DNA of 63,877 nt, counting the filler, from Octopus bimaculoides (lineage: Eukaryota), in NCBI RefSeq assembly GCF_001194135.2. It is 8 parts of 7 records of this genome, joined end to end, with 100 filler letters (N's around TTAATTAATTAA, not from the genome) between each part and the next. Parts side by side here need not be neighbours in the genome. Positions count along the whole stretch, not along the records: positions 10,662 to 18,614 come from NC_068987.1; positions 18,715 to 22,949 come from NC_069001.1; positions 23,050 to 35,530 come from NC_068997.1; 5 more parts are not named here. One strand, given 5' to 3'. Shown here one piece after another: positions 11,838 to 25,083 of the stretch. Both the position numbers and the translations under genes were made by a program. Within the stretch, counting starts at the first letter, position 1. Each line of letters starts with the position of its first letter. The notes beneath the pieces are model-generated. The model made no database searches, was not told the origin of the DNA, and saw only the letters and a program-made list of their open reading frames with translations.

Positions 11838-12175
11838 GGAGTGGCTGTGTGGTAAGTAGTTTGCTTACGAACCACATGGTTCCGGGTTCAGTCCCACTGC
11901 GTGGCACCTTGGGCAACTGTCTTATACTATAGCCTCAGGCCAACCAAAGCCTTGTGAGTGGATTTGGTAGACGGAAACTGAAAGAAGCCCGTCGTATATA
12001 TATATATATATATGTATGTGTGTTTATATGTTTGCGTGTCTGTGTTTGTCCCCCCAGCATTGCTTGACAACCGATGCTGGTGTGTTTACGTCCCCGTAAC
12101 TTAGCGGTTCGGCAAAAGAGACCGATAGAATAAGTAGTAGGCTTACAAAGAATAAGTTCTGGGGTCGATTTGCTC
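11838..12175 (+). mobile_element. SINE family A (young-looking; 3' end lost in gap)
   Basis: GGAGTGGCTGTGTGGTAAGTAG box A, GGTTCAGTCCC box B, GGCACCTTGGGCAA. Confidence 0.95.
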
Positions 12176-12823
12176 NNNNNNNNNNNNNNNNNNNNNNNNN
12201 NNNNNNNNNNNNNNNNNNNNNNNNNNNNNNNNNNNNNNNNNNNNNNNNNNNNNNNNNNNNNNNNNNNNNNNNNNNNNNNNNNNNNNNNNNNNNNNNNNNN
12301 NNNNNNNNNNNNNNNNNNNNNNNNNNNNNNNNNNNNNNNNNNNNNNNNNNNNNNNNNNNNNNNNNNNNNNNNNNNNNNNNNNNNNNNNNNNNNNNNNNNN
12401 NNNNNNNNNNNNNNNNNNNNNNNNNNNNNNNNNNNNNNNNNNNNNNNNNNNNNNNNNNNNNNNNNNNNNNNNNNNNNNNNNNNNNNNNNNNNNNNNNNNN
12501 NNNNNNNNNNNNNNNNNNNNNNNNNNNNNNNNNNNNNNNNNNNNNNNNNNNNNNNNNNNNNNNNNNNNNNNNNNNNNNNNNNNNNNNNNNNNNNNNNNNN
12601 NNNNNNNNNNNNNNNNNNNNNNNNNNNNNNNNNNNNNNNNNNNNNNNNNNNNNNNNNNNNNNNNNNNNNNNNNNNNNNNNNNNNNNNNNNNNNNNNNNNN
12701 NNNNNNNNNNNNNNNNNNNNNNNNNNNNNNNNNNNNNNNNNNNNNNNNNNNNNNNNNNNNNNNNNNNNNNNNNNNNNNNNNNNNNNNNNNNNNNNNNNNN
12801 NNNNNNNNNNNNNNNNNNNNNNN

Positions 12824-12880
<57 letters not shown>

Positions 12881-13680
12881 TACACACACATATATATGTA
12901 TACATTTATATATATATTATATGTACATTATATGTATATGTTACACACACACACACATATATTATAAGAGAATGGCTCTACTGCTACTAAAGACTTCAAA
13001 ATCACACACTACACAAAATATAAGCGTTTGATTGATGGACTCAACAGAGTCATCTATTTCTGTACTTGTAGCAGGTAGTAATGGTAACAGGAGTAGTTCT
13101 CAACCTTTCCCATGCCCCCTCGCCCCTGAGAAAAAAATCTTTGATTAATTTTCACACCCTTCCAAAACTAATATCACAGCTGAAAAATGAAAAAGTGAAT
13201 TTTCTAATAAGTAATTTATTATCCCCTTTTAAATTGGGCCACCATTCAGCAGTATTACTGTGGGTGAATAATTTGAACTTAAAAACAAAAATAAGGTTTT
13301 GTTTGACTCAGTGCATAAAATATACATTGAGCAATTAGATGAAAAAAAAAAAGAAAGAAAGACCCCCCCCCCCAAAAAAAAAAAACAACAAAATAAAATA
13401 AATTCACGATTGATTTTTCTTTGTTTATAGTTTATCAATATAAAATTCAATGACTTCTTTGTTCTTTTCTCTCATTTATGATTTATGAAACTGTGGAAGA
13501 TTTTTGCTTATTGTGATCTGCAAAGTTTGGTTATGGATTCAGGCAGTTCTTAGCTTTCTGTTTTTTGTTTGGCAAAAGAGAATTTGCATCCAGATTCATG
13601 TAAGTATGTCAATGCAAATGAAATGAGGACAAGGGTTCTTGGTCACGAATCTCTTCAAAGGTTTTAATCTATAGATGTGC

Positions 13681-13840
13681 AGGAATGGCTGTGTGGTAAA
13701 GAAGTTTGGTTCTCAACAGCGTGGTTTCAGGTTCAGTCCCACTGAATGGCACCTTCGACAAGAAAGTGTCTTATACTGTAGCTTTGGGGCAACTAAAGAC
13801 TTGTGACTGAAGGAGGTAGATGGAAACTGAAAGAAACCCA
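13681..13840 (+). mobile_element. SINE family A, diverged 5' half
   Basis: Head and body up to GAAACTGAAAGAAACCC; interrupted by the next copy at the internal microsatellite position. Confidence 0.8.
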
Positions 13841-13842
13841 TG

Positions 13843-14056
13843 TATACTCTTTACTCTCTTTTACTTGTTTCAGTCATTTGACTGCGGCCATGCTGCAGCA
13901 CCACCTTTAGTCAAGCAAATCGACCCCAGGACTTATTCTTTGTAAGCCTAGTACTTATTCTATCGGTCTCTTTAGCCGAACCGCTAAGTGACGAGGACAT
14001 AAACACACCAGCATGGGTTGTCAAGCAATGCTAGGGGGACAAACACAGACACACAA

Positions 14057-14111
<55 letters not shown>

Positions 14112-14272
14112 TATACAACGGGCTTCTTTCAGTTTCCATCTACCAAATCTACTCACAAGGCTTTGGTTGGCCCGAGGTTATAGCAGAAGACACTTGCCCA
14201 GGGTGCCACGTAGTGGTACTGAACCTGGAACCATGTGGTTGGTAAGCAAGCTACTTACCACAAAGCCACTCC
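13843..14272 (-). mobile_element. SINE family A, full length
   Basis: Tail TACTCTTTACTCTCTTTTAC, long internal (TA)n, head CCACTCCT. Confidence 0.93.
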
Positions 14273-14286
14273 TGCACCTATGTATG

Positions 14287-14331
<45 letters not shown>

Positions 14332-14999
14332 AAATATATACACACACACTATTTCTTCCACTCACAGTATCTATTCACACCTATCCACATCATCAACACT
14401 TTCACCGTACCACATGTATTCGCTTCGAATCCTTTTGATGCTCCCCACCCCTACCACATGGTGACTAACCCTTTCACCAACACAACATCAGACAGCTAAT
14501 CACTCTTACAATCAAGTCTACTGGACTGGACGAAAGCTGTTCTGGCGGTTTTTTCTTTTTGTTTTTTGGTATTGTTCCTCTACATGGTGTGAAACGCACA
14601 CACAAAAAGAAACTTCCTGTTGTCAAGTCATGTCCATAGGCAACAGTGGAAAACTTGTCATGTACACATGTACTCCCCCACCCCACCCACTACTCTATTC
14701 TATTCCCCTGAAAATGTGTCATGTCTTCAACCGCCCTCTCCAGACACACATAGCAACTTGTGGAACTCATGTCATGTTCTGATGGAAAGGCAGAACAAAA
14801 GAATGTTTGCAAGTTAAATAGGCATTATGCAACTACAGAATGTCAGTGTAACTGATTTACATGCACCATGTCACAATGCCATTTCAGGTATGAAGACTAC
14901 GTGGGCCACCAAACAATGGAGAGGGGGGCTTCAACCCTAGGTGCAGGCTGGCATTTTCACACAAACACACACACACACACACATATCATTGTCTTAACA

Positions 15000-15190
15000 T
15001 CCATCTTTTTTTCATGCTTATATGGAATTTGTTGAGGTGGATTTTTCTGCAGCCAAATACCCTTCCTGTCACCAACCCTCAGCTGTTTTCAAGTAAGGTG
15101 ATATTTCCCCGTGGCCAGACATGTTTTCACAGATGATCGAAAATGAACAACATTTAGTTACATCCATTATACGATGTCATGACAAGGTGA
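15000..15190 (+). mobile_element. Interspersed repeat with RTE-tail-like motif
   Basis: CCCTTCCTGTCACCAACC motif shared with 15620-15780. Confidence 0.45.
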
Positions 15191-15480
15191 TACAAACACT
15201 TATACATCACACACATATGCAAATACACACACACACACACGCACAGACCCATTTATATCAAAATAACAAAAAAACAAAAAAGAGGCACAGCAAAGTACAA
15301 TATGCAACCGAAATCAGACTCAGGAGAAGGTATTTATGGCAGAACACTGATGAGGAGTAATGCATGATTGCATAATGTTTCTACTAGTTATGTAAAAATT
15401 TTCAGCTTTTTGATGAAACATGTATATTGTCCCATAAAACTTTGAATACCATACTTGTTTTCTGCACCCAGATACACATA

Positions 15481-15610
15481 TAATGAGTTTCTTTCAGTTT
15501 CTGTCAACCAAATTCATTCACAAAACTTTGGTCAGTTTAGGGATACAGTACACACATTTACCCCACAAAGCAGCCTGTAATGTGTTTAACATGAAACCAC
15601 ACAGTTGCAA
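15481..15610 (-). mobile_element. SINE family A fragment
   Basis: TTTCTTTCAGTTTCTGTCAACCAAAT segment matches family A. Confidence 0.65.
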
Positions 15611-15619
15611 AGTGAACCA

Positions 15620-15780
15620 GATGGCTACACCAGGCTCCAATCTGATTTGGCAGAGTTTCTACAGCTGGATGCACTTCCTAACGCCGACCACCCCAAGAGT
15701 GTAGTGGGCGCTTTTACATGCCACCGGCATGAAGGCCAGTCAGGTGGTACTGGCAACTGCCACGTTCAAAATGGTCTGTA
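15620..15780 (+). mobile_element. Interspersed repeat with RTE-tail-like motif
   Basis: TTTCTACAGCTGGATGCACTTCCTAACGCCGACC resembles RTE-type 3' tails. Confidence 0.5.
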
Positions 15781-15819
15781 TATATANNNNNNNNNNTTCT
15801 GCACCCAGATACACATATA

Positions 15820-15960
15820 ATGAGTTTCTTTCAGTTTCTGCCTACCAAATCCACTCACAAGGCTCTGGTCAGCCCCAGAAGACACTTGTGCAAGGTGCCA
15901 TGCAGTGGGACTGAACCCGGAATCATGTGGTTGGTAAGCAAGCTACTTACCACACAGCCA
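15820..15960 (-). mobile_element. SINE family A, 5' half
   Basis: GCAAGCTACTTACCACACAGCCAC head on the minus strand. Confidence 0.85.
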
Positions 15961-16339
15961 CAACATGACTGTTAAAGGGTTCGTTCCTTACTTATAGGAA
16001 AAACACAGGGTGGACACAGCAGCAATAAATACCATCATAGATCTGCTCGTTCAAGGTCGACCTTGGGTTAAACAGTACTTTCTATGACACTGTTAAAACA
16101 CTAGTAATACCACCACCACCACCACCACCACCACCACAATGGCATTCATAGTACTAGCACCATGACCCTACTGCAGTACTGTTAACATGGCACCACTATA
16201 GCGCTGTGACAGCAACAGTCATTATTCAATGATGATAGAAATAATAAATAAATAATAAGCTTCCATGGAATTGGTGCAGGAAGTGTTAAAAGAAGAAACC
16301 AGTTTCCGAAATCAAATGGACAGCATCACAGAGTGGGTG

Positions 16340-16344
<5 letters not shown>

Positions 16345-16391
<47 letters not shown>

Positions 16392-16700
16392 AGTGTGTAT
16401 ATATGTGCATATGCATGTTATGTCTCCATGTGTTTGTGTATGTGTACATATCTGTGTGCATATGTGTGTCTGTGTAGAGGTGTATGTAAATGTGGGTGTG
16501 TATGTATATATGTGTGTGTGTGTGCATGTATATATGTGTGTGTATGTATACATATATATGTGTGTGTATGTGTTTGTGTGCATGTGTGTGTGTACATATC
16601 TGTGTGTATGTGTGTTTTTGTATATGTGTGTGTATGTATATATGTGTGTGTATGTATGTACGTGTGTATATGTATATATGTGTGTGTGTGTGTGTGTGTG
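16345..16700. repeat. Compound (TA)n/(TG)n microsatellite
   Basis: Direct inspection. Confidence 0.95.
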
Positions 16701-17114
16701 CAGAAAGGGCTCATTGGTTAAGAAACAGTTTAAGCTTCAAAGTCACAAACTCCTATCCCAGGTTCAATCTCAATGTACAGCATTTTGGGCAAGTGACCTT
16801 TACCAAAGTCATGATTGGGCAACAAATGGGGTCAGTCCAAGGCTGGTGACATAAAACTGGAAATCCAAAGACCAATGATTGTCTCATCAGTGGCATCGTC
16901 ATATGCAAAGAGGTGTACAAATATTTGAGGGGAGGGGGAATTATGCATATATTTTCCCATCTCATCATATGCTGGTACAGGTCAATAAAGAGAAGCAGTA
17001 TGAGGAGATAAGTTCACAGGAGTGTGAGAAGGGAATGGCAAATGGAATATAAGAGGACAAAAATATCTTATCTGCATCTGCATTCTATCTTTCCAGATGA
17101 TTCATATCAGAGCA

Positions 17115-17492
17115 GGAGTGGTTGTATGATAAGAAGCCTGCTTCCGAACTACATGGTTCCAGGTTCAGTCCCACTACGTGGCACCTTAGCCAAGTGTCTT
17201 TTACTAAAGCCTCGGGCTGACCAAAGCCTTGTGAGTGGATTTGGTAGACAGAAGCTGAAAGAAGCCCATCATGTGTGTGTGTGTGTTTGTGTTTGTCCCC
17301 GACACCACCATCACTTGACAACCGATGTTGGTGTGTTTACATCCCTGTAACCTAGCAGTTTGGTAAAAGAGACCAATATAATTAGTACTAAGGCTAACAA
17401 AGAACAAGTCCAGGGGTCGATTTGTTTGACTAAAGGCGGTGTTCCAGCATGGCCACAGTCAAATGACTGAGACAAATAAAGGAATTAAAAAG
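17115..17492 (+). mobile_element. SINE family A, full length
   Basis: Head, CORE-like motif, (TG)n linker, CCAGCATGGCCACAGTCAAATGACTGA 3' module. Confidence 0.92.
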
Positions 17493-17732
17493 AAACCCAC
17501 TACATTCCATTTTAATTTATTTTAATTAAAATTTAAGAGTTATCATCCCTTGTTTTTGTGTTTGTCTTTTTCTTTACCAGGATTAATTGAGATAATAATT
17601 ATTCTCATCCACTAATGAAGTAATTCAAATTAAGACTACATGGTTTACTATACCAAGTATGCTTGCACCCACTTCACTTTTAAGTTTTCATGCAGGAGGC
17701 GTACCTGGGTTTATTATTCTCTATGATTCAGC

Positions 17733-17785
<53 letters not shown>

Positions 17786-17959
17786 ATCTATGCACACTCA
17801 TGAATGCATTGTGCAATTGTGCATGTATGCATCTACAAGTGTGTGATTGTCTGCATGAGTATTATTAGAAAGTTTGCACATGTGTGGGTATGTGTTTTGG
17901 CTGATGTATGTGTGTATGTATATGCATGTATATATACATACATATATACATACATATAC

Positions 17960-17996
<37 letters not shown>

Positions 17997-18714
17997 ATCA
18001 AATGGCTTGTGTGCAAATTTGTGTGAGTGTGTGTGTGTGTGACAGGGGTATTCAGCTAATGATGGCAAATGAAGTTTAAGCCACCCCACCCCCCACCCCA
18101 GCCCAGCCCCCACTCTACCGCTTATTCTGCATCCAACTTAAGAATGCTTCATCAGGATGAATAACATCATTATACAATCCTATAAAAATCACCACCACCA
18201 CCACCACAACCATCGTTGCAAAACACCACCCCACCACCACCACCACCACCACCACCATTATCATAAGCATCAGGCTTCATAATTATTTGTCAATAAGGGG
18301 GCTTCTGCATGGTTGATGAAATTGCAAGAAATAGCAGCCAAATCTCCATTAAATCATGCACTGTTTTGATTAAATATAAGGGCCGTATTACTACATAAAG
18401 CAAAGTGGTTTTTGGCATAGTTTTATGCTGGAATGGTCAATGGAGGAAAGTCTGTCTTTGATCCAGAGAGCTGTCTGCTGTGCAGGAATCAAAGCTGAAG
18501 ATCACCGACCATCACCATCGTCGTTGTCGTCGTTGTCATCATCATCATCATCACAATTGTCACCAACACTACTACCATCACAGCCATCATTGCTATTACC
18601 ACCACCACCACCACNNNNNNNNNNNNNNNNNNNNNNNNNNNNNNNNNNNNNNNNNNNNTTAATTAATTAANNNNNNNNNNNNNNNNNNNNNNNNNNNNNN
18701 NNNNNNNNNNNNNN

Positions 18715-18960
18715 GGTTTCGTCACTCTGTGCGCATCCTTGGCAGGCACGGCTGACGGCACTTCCGTGCCTGCAAAGTGTATTCTGAAGGGGCAGCACCC
18801 CTCGGTAGTACTGCCAGGCAAGGGATTTCTGGAAGTTATCCGCAGGCCCAAGCCCGAAAGTTCTCCGAAACAGACTGGTTAGTTGATCCTCGTCGACGCC
18901 TAAAGTTTCTCCGAGAATGTCGTCGCATTTCCCCTCCACTAGCCCTCTATAGAACGCTAG
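18715..18960 (-). mobile_element. Tx1/L1-like LINE ORF2 C-terminal fragment
   Basis: GVDEDQLTSLFRRTFGLGPADNFQKSLAWQYYRGVLP...RACQGCAQSDET (start of the CCHC motif); homologous to 29201-29814 and 55025-56486. Confidence 0.75.
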
Positions 18961-18985
18961 AGTGGCACTTGATAACAATAATAAC

Positions 18986-19021
<36 letters not shown>

Positions 19022-19029
19022 CCTTTCGA

Positions 19030-19322
19030 TTATAAGCACGAAATGTTGGGGGAGGGGACTAGTCGATTACATCGATCCCCTTAATAATGATTTCATTGAC
19101 TGCCTTGATAATAATGGTTTCAAATTTTGGCACAAGGCCAGCAATTCCGGTGGTGGAGATTAGTCGATTACATCGACCCCAATACTCAATTAGTACGTAT
19201 TTTGCCGACCCTGAAGGATGAAAGGCAAGGTCGACCTCGGCGGAATTTGAACTGAGAACGTAAAGACGGACGAAATGTCGTTAAGCATTTCGTCCGGCGT
19301 GCTAACGTTTTCTGCCAGCTTG
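19030..19322 (-). mobile_element. SINE family B with duplicated 3' segment
   Basis: Full body plus a repeated TAGTCGATTACATCGA tail segment; abuts (TAA)n. Confidence 0.85.
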
Positions 19323-20055
19323 TAAATACTCCTAGTTCCAATTACCCAAGTGCACTACGGAACCAAGAAGAAGAAGAAGATAAAACAGAAAGTTAAGAAA
19401 AAAACGGAGAAGACGAAGAAAACAGTGCTGAAGAAAATGAAGAAAAAAACGAAGATGAAGTCGAAGAAGACGAAGAAGAAGAAGAAATAATAGCAACAAC
19501 AACAATGAAAACTCCTTAACTGAATCCGAACTTCCAAGCTCTCAGTTAGCTATCAAATATGTTAACCATTTGGTCATATTAACTCAATTCAAGGTTTACA
19601 AATCAAATCCCTCGATTACGGGTTTTTTTTTCTTCTTTAAATCAAGTAAAACGGTGAAACACTTGATCTCCCACGAACGACTAACGTATGTTAGTATCAT
19701 CCCGTTTCATTTGATTAGTGTTGTCCAAGAGCTTTACGACATGAAACATATGATCCCAGATCTTACGACTAATCTTAGGGATTTGTCAGACAAAACTATT
19801 TGTCTTGAACTTTCAGCTCAAGAGATTTAACCAATCTTGTTTGATTGGTGCTGCAAGAAGCTGGCGGCATTAACACTTAAATCCACGTGAACGTGACTAG
19901 GATATCTTCAATTCATAAGCGGACATGGAGCAAAGGGCAAGACCGTTAGAATGGTAATTCTGCTAACCGGTTTCAATTCCTGACGTTGGCTTCGGAAAAG
20001 TACGAAGCATCACAAATTTTAATTTCTTATCGTATGTTTGTACTCATGTTTCTGT

Positions 20056-20340
20056 TTAACCCATTACCTACCAGTGATCTCGTATGAGATCACTTAAAAA
20101 TTACAAATTTCGTAATCATCTGTCAATATTTACACATATCTAACCTTTTTGCTATATCTACTAGGTATATTTCTCTGATATTCAAACGAGGTTTGCTAAT
20201 TTTTCACCCAATATCTCGCTTATTTCTATTTAAAATGTTATTTTGAAATGTTATTTTGATCATTCCAGACGTGTTGTTTTATTGATGAATCGAGTTATTA
20301 CATTAGGTGGGGAAAAATAACCGTTTCCATCAGATGAATA
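20056..20340 (+). mobile_element. piggyBac-like terminus and DNA transposon remnant
   Basis: TTAA|CCC start followed by palindrome GTGATCTC-GTAT-GAGATCAC; matching right end not found. Confidence 0.4.
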
Positions 20341-20438
20341 TTTGAATGAATTGAGCATTCTAAAAAAAAAAGATTCCAATGAATCCGAGCATGGGCCACT
20401 TCGTGATTACCTGGTACATATATATATATGTGTGTATG

Positions 20439-20470
<32 letters not shown>

Positions 20471-20488
20471 TGTATGTATGTATGTTTG

Positions 20489-20519
<31 letters not shown>

Positions 20520-20564
20520 GGATAGATAGATCGATCGATAGATGGATATTTATGCATACAAACA

Positions 20565-20602
<38 letters not shown>

Positions 20603-21076
20603 TACACGCGAATTTACATTTTATTTTTAATATATGTGTGTATAAAATCTAATATACATATTGAATATTTTTGCCCTTATTCATACATCCCAAAATGCAT
20701 ATACCTTTGCATATATACACACAAACGCGTATATATATAACATATATATACATACATGCAGGGTTATTTATATACATTTACACGTGAATATGGATACCTA
20801 CGTGTGTGTTTGTGTGTATGTGTACGCGTGCCTGCGTGTGTGTGTGTATGTATATACATACATGTATATATATATNNNNNNNNNNNNNNNNNNNNNNNNN
20901 NNNNNNNNNNNNNNNNNNNNNNNNNNNNNNNNNNNNNNNNNNNNNNNNNNNNNNNNNNNNNNNNNNNNNNNNNNNTTAAATTTGCTTCTGTTTATTTTCT
21001 TTATTTAACGCTCTTGTTATTCTTTATTTATCTCGTCATTTCTTTGCATTATTCGTCGTTTTTTCTTCTTCTTTAC

Positions 21077-21136
<60 letters not shown>

Positions 21137-22194
21137 GTTCGTGTTTTCTTGTTTTTGTTTCGTGTTGTTTTAGACAGAAAGAATGTGTCTTTCAAATCCA
21201 TGACGCCGTCTTCTCGACGTACCCCGCCCGTCACCACACATACACACATATACGCACACATGCACACACGAACGTACAAGCACGTACAAGCACAGACAAA
21301 TGTATGCATACGCCTATATACATTTACAAAGACACGCAAACCCACTTTCACAAAACAAGCACATACATATATATATACATACGTTCATACATAAACATAC
21401 ATACAGATGTATACTTATGCATAAGCACGTAAAACCTAATTCCACTATACGTGCGCGCACGCACACATACACAAAACACACCAACATACATGCGCATATA
21501 TACATATAAACGGGCACGTTAAAAGTCTTTTGAGACACACACACATACACACAAGCAAACACACTTATATCCTTGTACATATATATACATATATATATAT
21601 ATTTATATACAAACACGTAAAAACCTACTTTCACTTTCACTTTCATTTTCCTCCCGCCCTTTTTCTTTCTTTTCCATTCTCTTCTTTGTTTTTGGTTTTT
21701 GTCTTTGATTTCTTGTTTCTTTTTCGTTTTGTCTCTTTCTCGCTTGCTTTGTGGTTTTTCTTTTATATCGTCAGCTCCGACACCTCCCCCTCTTCACGCC
21801 AACCCATCTCACGCCAACTCCACCACCATCATTGCCTCTCCCTCTTCCCATCGCGCACTAACGCCACTAAACCGCCGCCAACGCCGCCATCATCCATCAA
21901 AAACAGCAACGACAACACAAAAAAACATCAAAAAACATCAGTGAAACTCTACTGTTTTCATATCGAAAAAAAGTTATTATTAATAATAATAATTTGCAAA
22001 CACAAGCTGATATCACCATCACCACCGGCACCACCGCCCACCACCAACAACGACAGTGAGGCGGAGTCTCTCTGCATAGAGACTTACTAGAAATAGCAAG
22101 TATTTCGCCCTCAAATGACACCCCAACACGTAATTATTGAAAGGACACATTTTAATAAAAGGTTGTCCCAGATACACTGACACAACGAACCCAA

Positions 22195-22222
22195 TGACGA
22201 CGACGGTGATGATGATGGAGAA

Positions 22223-22271
<49 letters not shown>

Positions 22272-22273
22272 AA

Positions 22274-22313
<40 letters not shown>

Positions 22314-22315
22314 AA

Positions 22316-22352
<37 letters not shown>

Positions 22353-22395
22353 AAGATGATGNNNNNNNNNNGATGATGATGATGATGATGGAGAA

Positions 22396-22435
<40 letters not shown>

Positions 22436-22437
22436 AA

Positions 22438-22474
<37 letters not shown>

Positions 22475-22476
22475 AA

Positions 22477-22500
<24 letters not shown>
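22195..22500. repeat. Higher-order (GAT)n-GGAGAA microsatellite
   Basis: GAT runs interrupted repeatedly by GGAGAA. Confidence 0.95.
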
Positions 22501-22509
<9 letters not shown>

Positions 22510-22537
22510 GGTGGTGGTGGTAATAATAATAATAACG

Positions 22538-22569
<32 letters not shown>

Positions 22570-23293
22570 GAAGGCGGGGTGGTTCCGACTGGAATGTCTT
22601 TTAGTCTGGCAGAATTATTTTTTTATAACAATAACAAGTTGATAAAAAGAAAAAAAAAAAGAAAGAAAAACAGGGAGACATTAGAAACAACAACAACAAC
22701 AACAACAGCAATCATCACCAACATCATCGCCAACAACACAATTATCATCATAATTATCATCATCATCGTCAACAACAACAACAATAACAGCAATCGCTTT
22801 CGTAACCAACAACCTCACCATCACCACCACCACCACCACCACCGCCGTCATCCTAAACCATCTCTGTCACCATCGTCTTAATCATTACAAACAGCCGCTA
22901 CCACCACCACCACCACCATCATAGCCATCATCATCATCATCATCATCATNNNNNNNNNNNNNNNNNNNNNNNNNNNNNNNNNNNNNNNNNNNNTTAATTA
23001 ATTAANNNNNNNNNNNNNNNNNNNNNNNNNNNNNNNNNNNNNNNNNNNNTCTTATATACACATATACATACATACGTATATACATACATATATATACACA
23101 CACACACACGCTATCTCTCTCTTTCTCACATACACACACGCACAAACACACAAATGCACACATATACAGGTACATGCGTGTTTGATCGTGTATGTGTATT
23201 TGTGTGTCTGTATGTGTGAGTGAGTCTGTGTATGTGTGTGTGTGTGCGTATGTGTGTGTGACTGTCTGTGTGTCTGTCTGTCTGTCTGAGAGC

Positions 23294-23397
<104 letters not shown>

Positions 23398-23514
23398 CAC
23401 CAACTGATAAGCATCAGATATGAATCTCTAATAATGAAGAGTTCCACAACAGAGCATCGAGCGTAGCGAGTGAGTAATAGAGCGAGGGATATAGAGCGAG
23501 ACAGACACAGAGAA

Positions 23515-23555
<41 letters not shown>

Positions 23556-23836
23556 CAAAGAGATGAGGAGAAGCAAGGAAAAGCCTTACGTTCAAATCAG
23601 TGCAACGACCTTAATAAAAACTGGGGTTGTAGGTCAGGCACAGCGTTTATTGCATGTAATGAAATATAAACTGAAACTGTTTTCTGTATCGTTTTACAGT
23701 GTTTGGTTTATGTAAAAACTGCTTGTATGAAATGTAAGCAATAACATACTATGTATTATGAGCAGCGTATATTTTCATTCCGAGGGTTGTGTTTGTGTGG
23801 TGTTTGTCGAAGGCTGGGTAGAGGGAGGTGTGTGCA

Positions 23837-24195
23837 TACTCTTTACTCTTTTACTCTTTTACTTGTTTCAGTCATTTGACTGTGGCCATGCTGGAGCACC
23901 GCCTTTCGTCGAGCAAATCGACCCCCAAGACTTATTCTATGTAAGCCTAGTACTTATTCTATCAGCGTCGGTTGTCAAGCGATGTTCGGGAGACAAACAC
24001 AGACACACAAACATATACATGCACACACATACATGTATACATATATACGACGGGCTTTTTTCAGTTTCCGTCTACCAAATCCACTCACAAGGCTGTGGTC
24101 GGCCCGAAGCTATAGTAGAAGACACTTGCCCAAGGTGCCACGCAGTGCGACTGAACCCGGGACCATGTGGTTCGTAAGCAAGTTACTTACCACTC
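23837..24195 (-). mobile_element. SINE family A with internal deletion
   Basis: Tail and head match family A; the GAACCGCTAAG segment is missing. Confidence 0.9.
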
Positions 24196-25052
24196 AACCA
24201 CAGACAACCCATACATCGTTGCTATTATGTTAAAGTGTCATATGTCCAAATTTGGCCAAACGCGTTTTTTTTTTTGTTTTTGTTTTTCAATATTTATTTT
24301 TGCTTGCAATAGCCGGTTCTTTTGGTTAAACTACCGTATCTCCAGCTGCTTCAGAAGCCAAGATATCAAAAATTGTCAAAGTGTAGTAGAACAACGATTT
24401 TGCTACGAAATGGTGAAGCGATCTTTTCGTTTTCTGAAAAGGCAATGTTTTGGACTTACGACACTTTTGCTTAATAGCAACGATATGTGTGTGTGTGTGT
24501 GTNNNNNNNNNNNNNNNNNNNNNNNNNNNNNNNNNNNNNNNNNNNNNNNNNNNNNNNNNNNNNNNNNNNNNNNNNNNNNNNNNNNNNNNNNNNNNNNNNN
24601 NNNNNNNNNNNNNNNNNNNNNNNNNNNNNNNNNNNNNNNNNNNNNNNNNNNNNNNNNNNNNNNNNNNNNNNNNNNNNNNNNNNNNNNNNNNNNNNNNNNN
24701 NNNNNNNNNNNNNNNNNNNNNNNNNNNNNNNNNNNNNNNNNNNNNNNNNNNNNNNNNNNNNNNNNNNNNNNNNNNNNNNNNNNNNNNNNNNNNNNNNNNN
24801 NNNNNNNNNNNNNNNNNNNNNNNNNNNNNNNNNNNNNNNNNNNNNNNNNNNNNNNNNNNNNNNNNNNNNNNNNNNNNNNNNNNNNNNNNNNNNNNNNNNN
24901 NNNNNNNNNNNNNNNNNNNNNNNNNNNNNNNNNNNNNNNNNNNNNNNNNNNNNNNNNNNNNNNNNNNNNNNNNNNNNNNNNNNNNNNNNNNNNNNNNNNN
25001 NNNNNNNNNNNNNNNNNNNNNNNNNNNNNNNNNNNNNNNNNNNNNNNNNNTA

Positions 25053-25083
<31 letters not shown>

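Noticed and set aside
11838-11900. tRNA gene
   Set aside because: Box A/B-like motifs belong to SINE heads; no cloverleaf or anticodon arm
15459-15841. 44-bp identical duplication at 15459 and 15797
   Set aside because: The second copy starts at a 10-N gap edge; misassembly is as likely as biology
19340-19510. Acidic E/D-rich reading frame
   Set aside because: Decayed (GAA)n with an in-frame stop and no splice context
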